DNA of 64,000 nt, taken from positions 100,318,001-100,382,000 of the forward strand of contig NC_058368.1 in assembly GCF_018350175.1 (NCBI RefSeq). Direction: 5' to 3'. Every line of letters starts with the position of its first letter. Positions within the stretch are counted from its first letter, which is position 1. The position numbers and the translations under genes were made by a program. Under the pieces are notes generated by a model, which saw only the letters and a list, made by a program, of their open reading frames with translations, did not search any database and was not told where the DNA came from. Below are positions 1-12,976 of this stretch, in pieces. This DNA is from Felis catus. Lineage: Eukaryota.

Positions 1-147
1 GGCACTTGTTGGGATGAGCACTGGGTGTTGTATGTAAGTGATGAATCACGGGACTCTACCCCCAGAACCAAGAGCACACTATAGGCACTGTCTGTTAGCT
101 AACTTGACAGTAAATTATATTTTAAAAATAATGAAATAAATAAATAA
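1..147 (+). mobile_element. 3' end of carnivore LINE-1 (3'UTR and A-rich tail), truncated by window start
   Basis: GATGAGCACTGGGTGTTGTATG...AAATTATATTT then (AAAT)n tail; the same motif occurs in the L1 at 13450-13500. Confidence 0.85.
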
Positions 148-290
148 ATGTTATATATATACATATACACATACACATATATATTTATTACATATATTTA
201 TATCTATTGTATATTTATTTTCTATGTAATAATATATATTTTAAAATATATATTTTTTTATATGTATATAAACATACATATATATTTAAG
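148..290. repeat. Degenerate (TA)n low-complexity tract
   Basis: TA/TACA-rich run directly after the L1 tail. Confidence 0.9.
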
Positions 291-899
291 AAAGGTCTTG
301 TTTTCTCTCCACATTTATTCTCAACTTAGCTCAGTTGCAAACCTCTGCTCTTTTTGGCAGCCCTCTTCTCTTCAGGGAGCGATCTTTCTCTGACTCAGAC
401 ATTTCTGCCTTTTCCCCTCTCTCCTGTAAGACCTCTACCTAATTTTTCCAGCTATATTTCAGTTAAAATATCCCTTCTTTCCTGTGTGGGTAATTCATTT
501 CTCTCCCGTTTATTTTCCGCTCTGCAGTTTCCCTGTCCTTCCCTGGATGAAAGACCTTTTATAGAACCTTCCTAGCTCTCAACATATCTACGCACAGTGA
601 TTTAGAGTTAGGTTGCAAATTGTCCTCAAATAGGACTTTTTATTTGAGAGAGAATACTTGTAAATACCAAGAATCTCTTCAGATGGAAACTGAAATAAGA
701 CTTGAACTTATTCCATGCCAAGGAACTGATTTTCCTGTGTTCTATCTTAAATACCAAACACTGTTACCAATTTAAAGAATATTCAGTATTTGACACAGTT
801 AAAAATCATGTTTATGGACTGGGTATCATGTCACTTCAGAAACTGTTAGCTTTTAGAATGTAAAGTATAAATATAGAAATATATACTTTGGACACCATC

Positions 900-3232
900 A
901 GGCAGAAGGAAAGACATAATGAAAATTGGAGCATTAATCAATGAAATTGAAAACAGGAAAACAGTAGAGAAAATCAATGGAACAAAAAGCTGGTTCTTTG
1001 AAAAAAATCAATAAAATTGATAGATCTCTAGCAAGACCGACAAACATAAAAAGAGAGAAAAGACACAAATCACCAATATTAGGAACCAAACAAGGGCTAT
1101 CCATACTGATCCTGCAGACATCGTGATAAAGGAACACTGCAACCCACTGTATGCTCATAAATTTGACAACTTAGAAGAAATGGACCTGAAAATCACAGCT
1201 ACTAAAACTCAGCCAAGATGAAATAGGCAACCCGAATAGTCCTACAAACATTAAATTCAGTTGGTAATTAAAAAGCTCTTGAGATAGAAACCTTTAAGTC
1301 CAGATGGTTTCACTGGAGAATTCTACCAAACACCTAAGTAATTAACACCACTTTCACACAATCCCTTCCAGGAAATAGAAGAGGAGGGAACATTTCCCAG
1401 CTCATTTTATGAGGTTAATACCACCTTCATATCAAAATCAAAGACAATACAGAAAAAGAAAACCATAGGCCAACATCTCTCATGAACTTAACTCCAAAAC
1501 TCCTCAAGAAAATATGAGCAAATATTTTTGTACAAATCCAACAATGTATAGAAATAGTTATGTGCCATGTCCAAGTGGGATTTATTCCAGGTACGTGAGG
1601 CTGGGTCAATATTTGAAAATCAATTAGTGTGACTCACCATACCAACAGGCTAACGAGGAAAGATCAATGATCCTGTCAATTGACAGAGAAAACACACTTG
1701 ACAAAATCCAGTCCCGAATCATGACAAAAACCATCAGAAAAGTCGGAATAGAGGGGAAACTTCTTCAACTTGATCAAAGGCATCTACAAAACATCTAGAG
1801 CTAACATCATGCATAATGGTGAGAAACTCAAGGCAAGGATGTCCATTCTCACCCTTGGAGTAAGTGCTTGGAATGGAGTGCTAGAAGCTGTAGCTGAGAT
1901 AAAGAAAAGAAGGAAGAGAGGAAGGAGAGAAAGAAGGAAGGGAGGGAGAGAGGAAGGAAGGGAGGGAGGAAGGAAGGAAGGAAGAAGGGAGGGAGGGAAG
2001 GAAGGAAGGTTATAATCACTCAATAGGAAAGAAGGAAGGGAGGAAGGAAGGAAGGAAAGAAGGAAGGGGGAAGGGAGGGAGGGAAGGAAGGCAAAAACAA
2101 GAGAAAATCTTTGGTAATAGATTAATAACAAAATCTGATAACAGGTTTTGAGTTATGAGACCAGGCAAGAGTTCTTAGACTTGACACCAAAATCACAATC
2201 CAAAAAAGGTAAAATTAATAAATTAGATCTCATCAAAAGTTTTAAATTTTGTTCAGTAAAGACTGTTAAAAGGATGAAAAAACAAGCTACAGACCAGGAC
2301 AACTGTTTTCAAAGCATCTATCTGACAACTGACTAGTATCTAGAATATGTTATGAATACTCAAAACTCAATGTTAAACAAATAAGCCAATTAAAAATGGG
2401 CAAAAAAGCCTGGACAGGTACTTCCCTCAAAAGGATATATAGATGACAAACAAGCATGTGAAAATGTGTCAGCCATTAGGGAAATGCAAATTATAGGCAC
2501 AATAAGATATCGCTCCCTACCCATCAGAATGACTAATATAAAGAATATCAACAATACTAAATGCTGGCAAAAATGCAGAGAAACTGAATCATTCATATAT
2601 CGCTGGTGAGAATGAAAAGTATAGTATTACTTACTCTGGAAAATAGTTTGGTACCTTCTTCCAAATCAAAATGTGCAACTAGCATATGACCCACCAACCA
2701 CCCTTGGGCAATCCCCAAGAAATGAAAACTTACATTCACACAAAACATGTCATGGATGTCTTAATAATAGCCAAGAAGTGGAAACAACCCACAAGTCCTT
2801 CAACAGGTGAACGGTAAAACACACTGTGGTACATCCATACCATAGAATACTGCTCAGCAGTAAAAAGCATACCCTTTGAGAACCTGGATGAATCTCTGGG
2901 GAATTACACATGCATGAAAAAAGCCAATTCTAAAAGACTGCATGCTGTACGATTCTGCTTATACGATATTCTTAATGTGAAAACATTACAGAAATGGAAA
3001 CAGTTTACTGGATGCCAGTGTGAATGGGTGGAGTCAGTGGATGTAGCCACAAAGAGGCAACAAAACAGGCTCTTGGCCTGTAGTAACATCACTATTGTGG
3101 TTGTGATATCGCACCGTAGTTTTAGAAGATGTGGCCGTCGAGGGAAACCGGGTAGAGTACATGGGATGTCCCTGAACTGTTTCTTAAAACTTCATGTGAA
3201 CCTCCAATTATCTCGAATTAAAACTTTAATTT
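900..3232 (+). mobile_element. Old decayed LINE-1 (L1MB/L1MC-like): ORF2 fragments plus 3'UTR, internally deleted
   Basis: Encodes KSWFFEKINKID-like (987-1020), PDGFTGEFYQT (1300-1330) and RQGCPFSP-like (1830-1855) ORF2 motifs; ORF2 C-terminal region 2150-2880; L1MC-type 3'UTR to ~3230; many stops and frameshifts. Confidence 0.85.
1900..2092. repeat. (GGAA/GGGA)n polypurine microsatellite
   Basis: Two purine-only blocks separated by TTATAATCACTCAAT. Confidence 0.95.
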
Positions 3233-3464
3233 CAAGAATCAGTGTTCATCTTTTCCTATTTTCTAATTATTTGCTGAATTTTTTATCAATGTAAAAGAGA
3301 CAGAGGAATCAAATTATAATTCTCCGGAGAGGAAAAGAGGAATTATTTATCTGTTTTATGGATTGACTAATACTTACGATACTAATGACATGTACTGGGA
3401 ACATGAGGCTTCCTATGGGATCTTGCAGGACAAACACAACATGGCATTGCCTGCCCAGATCTTA

Positions 3465-3676
3465 AAATAAAATTTTTTAATGTGTATTTATTTTTGAGAG
3501 ACAGAGACAGAGGGTGAGCGGGGGAGGGGCAGAGAGAGAAAGACACAGAATCTGAAGAGGCTCCAGGCTCTGAGCTGTCGGCACAGAGCCCAATGCGGGG
3601 CTCAGACTCACAAGCCGTGAGATCATGACCTGAGCCGAAGTCGGACGCTTAACCGACTGAGCCACCCAGGGGCCCC
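3465..3676 (-). mobile_element. Carnivore SINE (SINEC_Fc type)
   Basis: Reverse complement of tRNA-like head GGGGC.CCTGGGTGGCTCAGTCGGTTAAGCG, CT tract, tail; TSD TGCC(T/G)GCCC(A/G)GATCTTA. Confidence 0.95.
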
Positions 3677-4099
3677 TGCCGGCCCGGATCTTATATGGAA
3701 CAACATGGTGTCTGAGAAGCCAAACTTACAGTGGGTGTGAAAACAGTCTCAGATTCTCTGTGTGGTATGTTATTAAAGAAGCATTTCTATCTATTCCTTT
3801 AAATTTGGCTTTCAGTGGTGTTTCTTCTGTCATTACTACTCAGGCTTATTAGTGAGTGTTTTTCTCTGATGATGGCATATTTATTAACATGAAGAGAGTT
3901 AATGTGGATTGTTCATTAGTTGGAGTGATCCTATAATGTGAAATGAAAATCTCATCATTTCCATGCAAAGAAAATCATTAGAAGAGTTCCGTCTAGGAAC
4001 TGAGGCTGAGGATTGATGCTGATACCACGAGATCTTATTTATTCTTTGCACCATCACGTATTGACCTTGACACCATAGACAACAGGTCATTCATGTGTT

Positions 4100-4430
4100 C
4101 TCTTATCTATTAATGCATTCAATTTTGGATTCATGTATTCAGCTAACATTTCCCAAGAACATAGTATATGTGCATAAAATCCACTGGGCACTGATGTCGA
4201 GTAGGAAGGTAAATAATGCCCTGTCCTCAGGCAGACTTCAAAGTATCACACATCCAGAAATATCGACAGTATAAAATAAAAGGCTTAAATTCCCTAAGAT
4301 ACAGGCCATATAAGCAAAGGACAGTTAGTGTTCAGAGGAAATGAGTCTTTCCAACCCAGGGAAACTAGTAAAGGCTTTATTCAGAGAATGATGTCTGGAT
4401 GGAATTTTTAAGGGAGCTAGATTTAAACAG
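4100..4430 (-). mobile_element. Probable L2 3' fragment
   Basis: ATTCATGTATTCAGCTAACATTT...CACTGGGCACTG...CCCTGTCCTCAGG, typical of a reversed L2 end. Confidence 0.5.
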
Positions 4431-4445
4431 AATGAGAGTGAAGGT

Positions 4446-4635
4446 GTTTTTTGTTCTTGTTTTTGTTTTAATGTTTATTTATTTTTTGAGAAAGAGTCCG
4501 CAGGGGAGGGACAGAGAGAGAGAGAGACAGAAGATGCAAAGCTGGCTCTGTGCTGAGATTTCTCGAATGATGAGATCAGAACCTGAACGGGAACCAAGAG
4601 TCAAATGCTTAGCCAACTGAGCCACCCAGCCTCCC
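4446..4635 (-). mobile_element. Diverged carnivore SINE
   Basis: CAACTGAGCCACCCAG head; TSD TGAGAGTGAAGGT on both sides. Confidence 0.9.
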
Positions 4636-5517
4636 TGAGAGTGAAGGTTTCAAACAGGGCAGTAGTTAAGGCCCTTTGGAATTGCCAGGGAAGGCTGAGG
4701 CCATCTGGGCTAATAAAGAGACTGACTTAATTTAATCTCTGACACTGGTCACTCAAGCTTGCCTGGATTCTCAGGGAAAGGTCAGTTACAACCGTGCAAA
4801 GAAGTTTCTTCAGCCATTCAGTCAATGTCTTACTGGTACCTGTTTCCTTACTGACAAGATAACTATTTCCCTACTTATAAGATAAACGATAAACTTCACA
4901 GAAATGAAGGAATATCTCAAGTACCTAAATAAATACATAATTTTAGTATTTTCGCTGGCAAGAAGATAGAATAAGAGGAAGCAGGCACAAGTGTAGCAGT
5001 CAGGTAGGAAATCACGAACACCCTTGAATTCTGTGGTGGGGGCATTCAGGTTTGAGAAGGGCAACCCTGAACTACCAGGCAAGTTTGAACTGGTGACCAC
5101 AGAAAAAGAGGAATGGATACTCATCATCCTGGGGCAGCGTTACAAGAGTCAGTGTGAGGATATATCAGATGTGAATTTCTTTCATTTTTGTGGCTGTTTG
5201 TACCTGGTGAAGTTCAGGCTAGGAAGTCATTGGAGTGCCTATGTAATCCACCATTAATCCTCTAAAGAGTTTAAGGGAGGTGATGAGATTTTTCATTTGC
5301 ATATTTTATTAGTTAATCGGGGACATCCTTCTGATGCTCATCCATGCACTTTCATATTAGATGCTTAGTGAAGTCTTAATGTCAGGCGAAGTGTCTGCTC
5401 ACAAATTGGAACTTTCTCTTTCCCTGTCCCCCCTCAGAATCTGGACACCCCCTAGAATGTGGACATTCCCCAAATGTGTGTGTGTGTGTGTGTATGCTGG
5501 AGTACAGAGGGAAGCAG

Positions 5518-5569
5518 ACATAAAGGAAGGTGATCATAACACAACATAAAGGAAGGTGATCATAACACA
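5518..5569. repeat. Perfect 26-bp tandem duplication
   Basis: ACATAAAGGAAGGTGATCATAACACA x2. Confidence 0.95.
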
Positions 5570-6108
5570 CACACTGTTGGAAGACTATTCTTAAACTTCT
5601 TTGAAACTCTAAGAACCATTTCCAATAACTAGAGAGTAATTTTTATCTTAGTAAAAAACCGGTTAAATGAAACGTAATGAGCCCTACAATTGTGAAGTTA
5701 GGTTCAGTTTGAGTATGTGTGCTGATCACGTCCCAGACATACCCGAGTGATCCATTTCTTCAGATAATTTTGAAAACCTCAGGTTTGATCTCGAAAAACT
5801 TTTAATGTTAAAACAGTTGGTCTTTATTATGCCTCACCTCTAATTTGACTAATGGGAGACACAGTAAGAACAACCTATAAGCAAGGTCTTGGAATGTAAA
5901 CACAGGGCTGTGCACGCCCCTTCCTGCTCCGCCCACTTTCTAATTTCATAGCGATATTGTGAATTCATATAGCAGACCTGTTTTAATCAGCACGTTTTAA
6001 AAGAAGGAAAATATTCAGATCAACAAAGAGTGTTTTTAATTTAGCCTGATGAGCTATATTTCAAACAGCCATGTAGATAGGAGGATTAAGAAGCATTTGC
6101 TTACACGT

Positions 6109-6109
<1 letters not shown>

Positions 6110-6150
<41 letters not shown>
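6110..6150. repeat. (CA)n microsatellite
   Basis: About 20 CA units. Confidence 0.98.
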
Positions 6151-6152
<2 letters not shown>

Positions 6153-6999
6153 CCCCGTTTGAAGCAAACTTTTGTAATCACAAGATTGCAGGACTGAACT
6201 CCTTGGGAGACATGCCGTCTAAGAACCCACAACTTCACAGAGAAGTTTAATTACTACATTGCCCCACGGAGCTTACCCTCAACTCTGATGAGTAGATTTC
6301 ATGTTAACCTTATAAACAAAATGTCTAAACTCTTACTGCTCAGAATAAAATATGGCTGTACATTTTTTCAAGCAATCAGTCCCAACATGAAGAATCTCCA
6401 AAGAAAACAACCGTTTATAAGCTGATGTGGTAATGTCACATACCAGATACCAGGCAACCAAGAGCCAATATGAGTTTTCTTCCTCGTGTGAAGGTCTAGT
6501 TCACTCACCTGAATAAACTGGCCTCTGATATACATTATGTCATGAGTATGAGGTCAGAATTTTCTTCCTTAGATAATGCTCAATGTAAAAACATGGGAAG
6601 CCTGTGTACCTCTCGATAGCTGGGGAGTTAACAATGATTTTAAAGGGTACATAACTGAGGACAAAGTTTTAAAGCCTTGATTCCAAATTATGAAGTGTTC
6701 CACATTGGACAAATCACTCCACACGGAGATGCCTGATAACTGTTGTCAGGGACTGAATTGGTAACTCTTATCCTGACACGTAGCTTTTCTCTTAAAATCT
6801 GTAGTTACCTTGGTGTCCAAGCAGGAACCGAAAGGTAATTAAAAACAATTGTGAAGGTCACACAGGAGACTAAAGAATCCAAGGAAACGGATTACTCTGT
6901 ATCTTTATCTTTCACAAGCGTTAACAGATTGGAATTGTGGGTTTGTCGTTTTTGGCAAATGCGTTGATTTTGTACTGCCGGAAATATTTGGCTTTGCAA

Positions 7000-7700
7000 A
7001 ATGTGTTTTGGTCAGGTAGACTCATAACCCGAGCCATCCATCACTGGCGTAATGTCAGGACTAGGATCATTTGGTAGGTGGAAGCACACGAATTTCCCAG
7101 GATATGTAGCAAAGGGAGGTCCCTGGATGAACAGGTATCTGGTGTGGTACCACATGGCCCAAGTGCTGGCAGCAGCTGCAGCCCGTTTTCTGCTTCCTCA
7201 CCCCAGGGCATACGTCTGCAACTCACAGAGTGACTCAGACCTTCCCGACTGTGTGCAGGACCACAGTTTCTTTGAAAAGTGGGAAGAGGTCCACTGTAGG
7301 TCTGGGTTGGTCTAGAACGGATAGGTAGTCCCTGAGCAGGCTGGCCATTCTAATCTCTGCTGTGCTGGGCAGCTGGAAGCCTCGGGGGACTTAAGGGCAT
7401 GGCCCAAACCTAGCTTAAGTATCTCCCACCATGGTCAGGGCACATCAAACTCACCAGCCCCTCTCCAGGCAACAGCGGTCTCTCAGTGGCCAGCTTTTTC
7501 TGAAATGTAGGATGGCACCGTGCCATAGGTCTAGCCATGCAGTGGTTGTGAGTGGGGTATGACGGTAGGCGATATGTCGCTACTCTGGTCCTGACTGAAC
7601 ACAAGTTTGCCTCGGTGGGTTGTGCTCCATGTAAATGGCAAATTTTCCAAGCTGTTCTTTGGGTGTGCCTACCATAACTCAAATAGACTGAGACTCTGTC
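7000..7700 (-). mobile_element. Ancient RTE-clade LINE (L4/RTE-X-like) AP-endonuclease remnant
   Basis: Minus-strand peptides SVRT...MARPMARCH...LATERPLLPGEG (ORF 7410-7787) and GEEAENGLQLL (ORF 7041-7226) resemble the RTE motifs NVRT...VARELARYN...ALSETRLPGEG and N.NGLLLL, in the same order. Confidence 0.55.
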
Positions 7701-7980
7701 TGCATACATATGCAAACATTGTCCCTTGGAGGGGTAGCCAGGCCAGATCCAGCATGTTAGGAAGCCTGAAGAGTTGGCCTGTGACATGAGGCTGCGATGT
7801 TGTTACTCCCGCAAACAGGGATAAAATTGCACTCCTTGTCTGAATTGCACCTTGAGTACCTGACCCCAAGTCCTCTGTCCCCACACTGACTTCCATTCAA
7901 ACTCTGCAGCCTGGAAGGTTAGCAACCAGCTGATACATCTGTGCGGTAACAAGCTTTCAATAGTTAACCAAATGTGAGGA

Positions 7981-8193
7981 GGGGCACCTGGGTGGCTCAC
8001 TCAGTTAAGCGTCCAACTTCCACTCAGGTCGTGGTCTCATGGTTTGTGAGCCCAAGCCCCGCGTCAGGCTCTGTGCTAACAGCTCAGAGCCTGGAGCCTG
8101 CTTCGGATTCTGGGTCTCCCTCTTTCTCTGCCCCTCCCTGCTCGTGCTCTGTCTCTCACAAATAAATAAACATTGAAAAAAAAATTTTTTTTA
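7981..8193 (+). mobile_element. Carnivore SINE (SINEC_Fc type)
   Basis: GGGGCACCTGGGTGGCTCAC...AATAAATAAACATT plus A tail. Confidence 0.95.
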
Positions 8194-11057
8194 GTGTGAT
8201 GGTAGCTAAAATCTCTTCCCCTTTTTGTGGATCTGCAAACTTTCCTCGGGCTCAAAGCATGCCTTGCCTTTCATGTCCATTCTGGTACTGTTGGGGACAA
8301 GCTCCCAGTATAATTTTCCCAGATATTTTGGCTTGGGTTCAAATCCTTTCACCAGGTGCTTTGCCACGTTCACGGACATTGTTTTTGAACTGCCTCACTT
8401 CGGAGCCAATATGGCAGATCTGTAGTGTCACCGTTTGGGGATTTATACTTCTTCCTGGTCATCTGCGCACATCCTGGCAAATGCCAGGGAATAAGGATTC
8501 TCCACTATTCCTTTGAGATTTGGGCTCCTTTGGAGTTTGGCGGCTGGCGTTGGAGGGGGGTATTCCTATTAATAGATGAACGAGGAATTGAACAGAGAGA
8601 CTATTTAAAGATAAGCGTGCAGCACACACAGAAAGCGGGCATGTCAGTTCCCAGTTTTGGACTGTCTGGGATGAGACAGAATGCTCTCGAGCCCCAGCTG
8701 CTTCTTATTTGGCTCACCATGAAAAACGCCCCCCCTGGAATGCCTGCTTTATAGGTGCCACATGGTTCTTGCAGCTGAACCGGGTTTTTCTGTAACTTGG
8801 CTGTTTCACATGCAAAATATTTTAAGTCAGAGACACATTAGCTTACAGTACCTTAATTTCAATCTCCTAAACTAAAAATTTAAGACAAAACGTGGGTTTT
8901 TTTTTTTAATTAACATAGGGAGGGGCTGCTTGTAGGGCAAAGGGAGGTCAAAATGTTTCATTTCAGCTTAATACCAAGATCGTTACCCTGATTGTTTTGC
9001 GATTTTTCTGATGGTGTTGTTTTCAGGGTCGAGGCAGTTTTATAACAAACAAGAAAGTGTTTTTGAAAAATTATGCTAGAAAGGAAGGAATAAACATGTG
9101 CCTTTGTAAAACCCAAATCCAGTGATATCAGACTGATTTTTCCACCTAATTTCTCAATCCCTTCTTAAGAATATAAATATTTAACTAAAATTCATTACCT
9201 ACATATTTGAATTAACTGTCCTGAGTTCAGTGCCCAGACTTGTGTTTTTGTGGTAAGAGAACCAACTCTCTAGCCTTTGAAACATGCCAAGATCAATGAA
9301 AAGGAAGGATTTGAGGAAAACAAGATTCATTAGCAACTCTCCTTGAACAGCCTCTTGATTCCCTTCCTATACTCACGTAAGGCGAGTCTCTCTTCTCTTC
9401 CAGGAATAAGCTCCCTCAGTATCACAGATCTGTGATTCATTTTGAAAGGAAATGCAGGGAGGTATGTATTTGTGGAGACATATTCAAAACGCGTGCCCTA
9501 AGCTTACCCCCTGGAGCCTTCAGGAACCATCCGTCTCTTCAACATCCAAATCACCGGGATCACCACCCAATCAGTGGTGCCCCTCCCCATATTTTCACAG
9601 ATTTCCCAAAAGGATTTGCTTTCCAGTTTCCCTCCTTCTCTGAATACCTGTGCCTGGGGGGCAGCCTACCCCCTTTAATATTCCCTCACGCCATTCTAGA
9701 CCAGCCTGCGGGCCACCTTGCTACACAGAGCCAGGGAGCACTGCTCACTTTGTAGTCTAGGGGAATGACACCTTCTGGAGCACATCTAAGAACAAATGGT
9801 GTTCCTGGCACTGGGCAACTTAAGAGCTGCAAAAAAAAAAAAAAAAAAAAAAATGCAACTTGCAAAAGTACTATTAGCGCAAGACAGAAGTCTATGGAAA
9901 ATGTTCTGGCTAATAGAAATTATGTCACAGGGTGGAAGACCCTTTCAGGTTAGAGGGGAGGAGGGGGAAGGGCTCAACTCTCAGAGCCGAAAGATCCAGG
10001 CCATCACGGTGTTTTTTTGAACAAAAAAGAATTTTGCCTTCTTCCTAAGCCTTTGCCTCCAAATGCTAAAATGACAGGTATTTTTATTGCCTTGCCAGAT
10101 GGTTGGAGGAGAAAGGAGGGAAGCCTGAGTTGAGACCACGGGGATGATTTAGGACTATGGCAAAGCCCCAAGACGAAATCCCTAGGTTCATCCCCTACTT
10201 GCCACTTCACATTATAAATTCAGCCTTTCTCAGACTGTGAGCGAGGGGCAAAGACAGCTTTCAGAACCGGGTTTCTCTTATCTACCCAACGTCAGCCAGT
10301 TGTTTACTCTATTGATTTAAAAATCTCCCTCCTGCCCTAGGTCTTTCTTACATTGCCAATTAGCTCGTTCCCAATGTCCTGTCACCAACATTAAGATCCC
10401 CCGATTAGGGATTTATAACTGCAATCTTATTTTTATTAAAGTTCTAGAGATGTGAAGTTTTCCCCTGTGTAATTCTCGTCTTGAGCATGAACATATTTGA
10501 TTAAGGGAGAGGCAAATAAATTTTTATTTTATAATTGATATTTGAGCGCTTGATGCAATCTAAATCAAAGTCTTCAATTATTCTTTATCCTTCACATAGC
10601 TACTTCATCGAATATAAAATTAATGTCTACCTATAAATTTCCTTTATGTTGTGCTAAAAGTTAAGTAAATTGAACAAAGGTCTTCACCTATGGAAAAATC
10701 AGAAAGTGTTGTGTTTAGATATAACTATGTCCAAAACAGTTAAGTAGCCAGAAAAATCTACTCCTTGTCAGAGAACATTAGTTGGCTATTTCAAACTACC
10801 TTATAAAAGGACCTAATGGAACTAGAAGGAGTGACCAGAGAATAATCAACTGAATGTAAGGACATCTTTAAAGGACAGACTGAAGTCTAGGAGGTGAATT
10901 TTCACTTATATTGAAGAAATACAAATTGATCACCTTCTTCCTAAGAACCTTGGCTTAAATGCTCTTCCCTAAGATCCTAATCAAGAATCGCTTGTATGAC
11001 ATACTACATTTTCAGGTGCCGCTTGGAAAATAAGATTGAAATCCTACATATAGTCTG

Positions 11058-11546
11058 CAGATCTTCCTCAACTTATGATGGGGCCATCCCAATACATGCA
11101 TCAAAAATAGAAAATATCGTAAGTTGAAATGCGTGTAGTATGTCTAACCTACCGTCAAAGCCTAGCCTAGCCTCCTATAAATGTACTCAGAACCCTTACA
11201 TTAGCCTAAAGTTAGATAGAATCATCTCACCCAAGGCCTATTTTTATCATAAAGTGCACAATATTTCGTGCAATTGATTGAATACTTTACTAAAAGTGAA
11301 AAACAGAATGGTTGTATAGTAACAGAAAGGTTGTAAGTAGATTGGTTGTTGACCTTTGTGACTGAGAGGCTGACCAGGAGCTGGGGCTGCCCCGGCTGCC
11401 CCGGATGACAGGGTATTATACTGCATGTCACTGGCCCAGGAAAAGATCAAAACTCAAAATTCAAAGTACAGAATGCATACAGCTTTTGGCCCATAATAAG
11501 GCTGAAAAATTGTTAAGTCAAACCACAGTATGTCCTGGGAGATCTG
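11058..11546 (+). mobile_element. Tigger5/MER47-family non-autonomous DNA transposon (TcMar)
   Basis: Terminal inverted ends CAGATCTTCC...GGGAGATCTG followed by TA; internal CCTAGCCTAGCC...CTTACATTAGCCTA and AAAAGATCAAAA.TCAAAATTCAAAGTAC motifs. Confidence 0.85.
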
Positions 11547-11550
11547 TATA

Positions 11551-11782
11551 TTGTTTGTTTGTCATGTTTATTTATTTATTTTTGAAAGCAAGAAAAAGAC
11601 AGAGAAAGAGTGGGGGGTGGGGGGAGGGGTGTAGACAGAAAGAGGGAAAGAGAGAATCCCAAGCAGGCTCTGTGCTGTCAGTGTGGAGCCTGACGCAGGG
11701 CTGGAACTCATGAACCATGAGATCATGACCTGAGCCAAAATCAAGAGTTGGATGCTTAACCGACTGAGCCACCTGGATGCCC
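11551..11782 (-). mobile_element. Carnivore SINE
   Basis: CGACTGAGCCACCTGGATGCCC head and TTTATTTATT tail. Confidence 0.95.
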
Positions 11783-11852
11783 TGCCTCTACACGGTTTAA
11801 AGGAAAAACAATCATAATATGAAACAGCAAATTTGAAGGTATTAGAAAGTGT

Positions 11853-12070
11853 GGGGGATGCCTGGATGGCTCAGTTGGTGGGCAGCTGACTCTTGATTTC
11901 AGTCTCGGTCGTGGTCTTGCATTTCATGGGTTTGAGCCCCATATCAGGCTCCGCGCTGACAGTGCAGAGCCTGTTGGTGATTCTCTCACGCACGCGCTCT
12001 CTCTGTCCATTCAGTGTGCTCTCTCTCTCTTTCTATCAAAATAAATACATAAATAAATTTTTTAAAAAGA
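11853..12070 (+). mobile_element. Carnivore SINE with long TSD
   Basis: GGGGGATGCCTGGATGGCTCAG head; flanked by ATTTGAAGGTATTAGAAA(G/A)TGT. Confidence 0.93.
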
Positions 12071-12976
12071 ACATTTGAAGGTATTAGAAAATGTGGGACT
12101 GAACTGAAAAGACGAAACAAAAGCAATCATTGAACGTTTTATTCAGCTGGGAAAATGCAGTCTTCATCCCAATTTGGCTCAACACGTGTTTTGTTTTGAG
12201 CTCCCTTGCTGTACATAACATGGTAGTCCTTTAAATGACTACCTATAGAAGGAGTTCACACACCTAGAATCGCCTGTTCCTTCGAAAAGACAAGGGCAGA
12301 TTAGCCACGGAAGAAGGCAGAGGTAAGGTTGAGAAAAGGAATCAGTAAAACCCACACGTTTCAAACAACAAGAGCTTTCACTCCTTCTCACTCCTTCTCT
12401 TGTGGAATGTCAAGAGGCTGCTTTATGCTGGAGAACGTTCCCTGGCGGAGCTCTCTTCCCCTGCTGTGGGGAGGAGCCTCATGACCGCTGAGTTACAGTT
12501 GCAGCTCTGTAAGGATATTCCGTGAAGCTTTCTCTCAGAACAGCAAAGGCAGAAGGTGGAACTCGGTTGGTGTGGTGGGGAGCTCCCTCTCAATGTACGT
12601 TATGGAGTCTCTGAAAGCAAGTTTCTGTCACTGAACACCTCCCACAACTAAGGGCCTGAAAGCCCTGCCATCGTATTCATTTATTTTGCACAAAGGGGAT
12701 TCTAACCAGGTTTATGAGGAGACTGTTAACTGTACATATTATCCTTGAAATGTGCCCACTAGCAGCCTTCACTTCTATAAGTTTATCAGCTTTAATCCAG
12801 ATCCTATGAGAATCCACATGCAGTGGGACACAAGACAAGTATATTTTGGTGGCATGTGTTGGTTGGAGATAGGCATCCCCATGTTTGGGATGGGGTACAC
12901 ATTCCAGATGTAAGGATACGTGTGGTAAGACAGGGCCTATTTTGAAAGATAGAAGGCACTTGAAAAGTGCAGTGAG

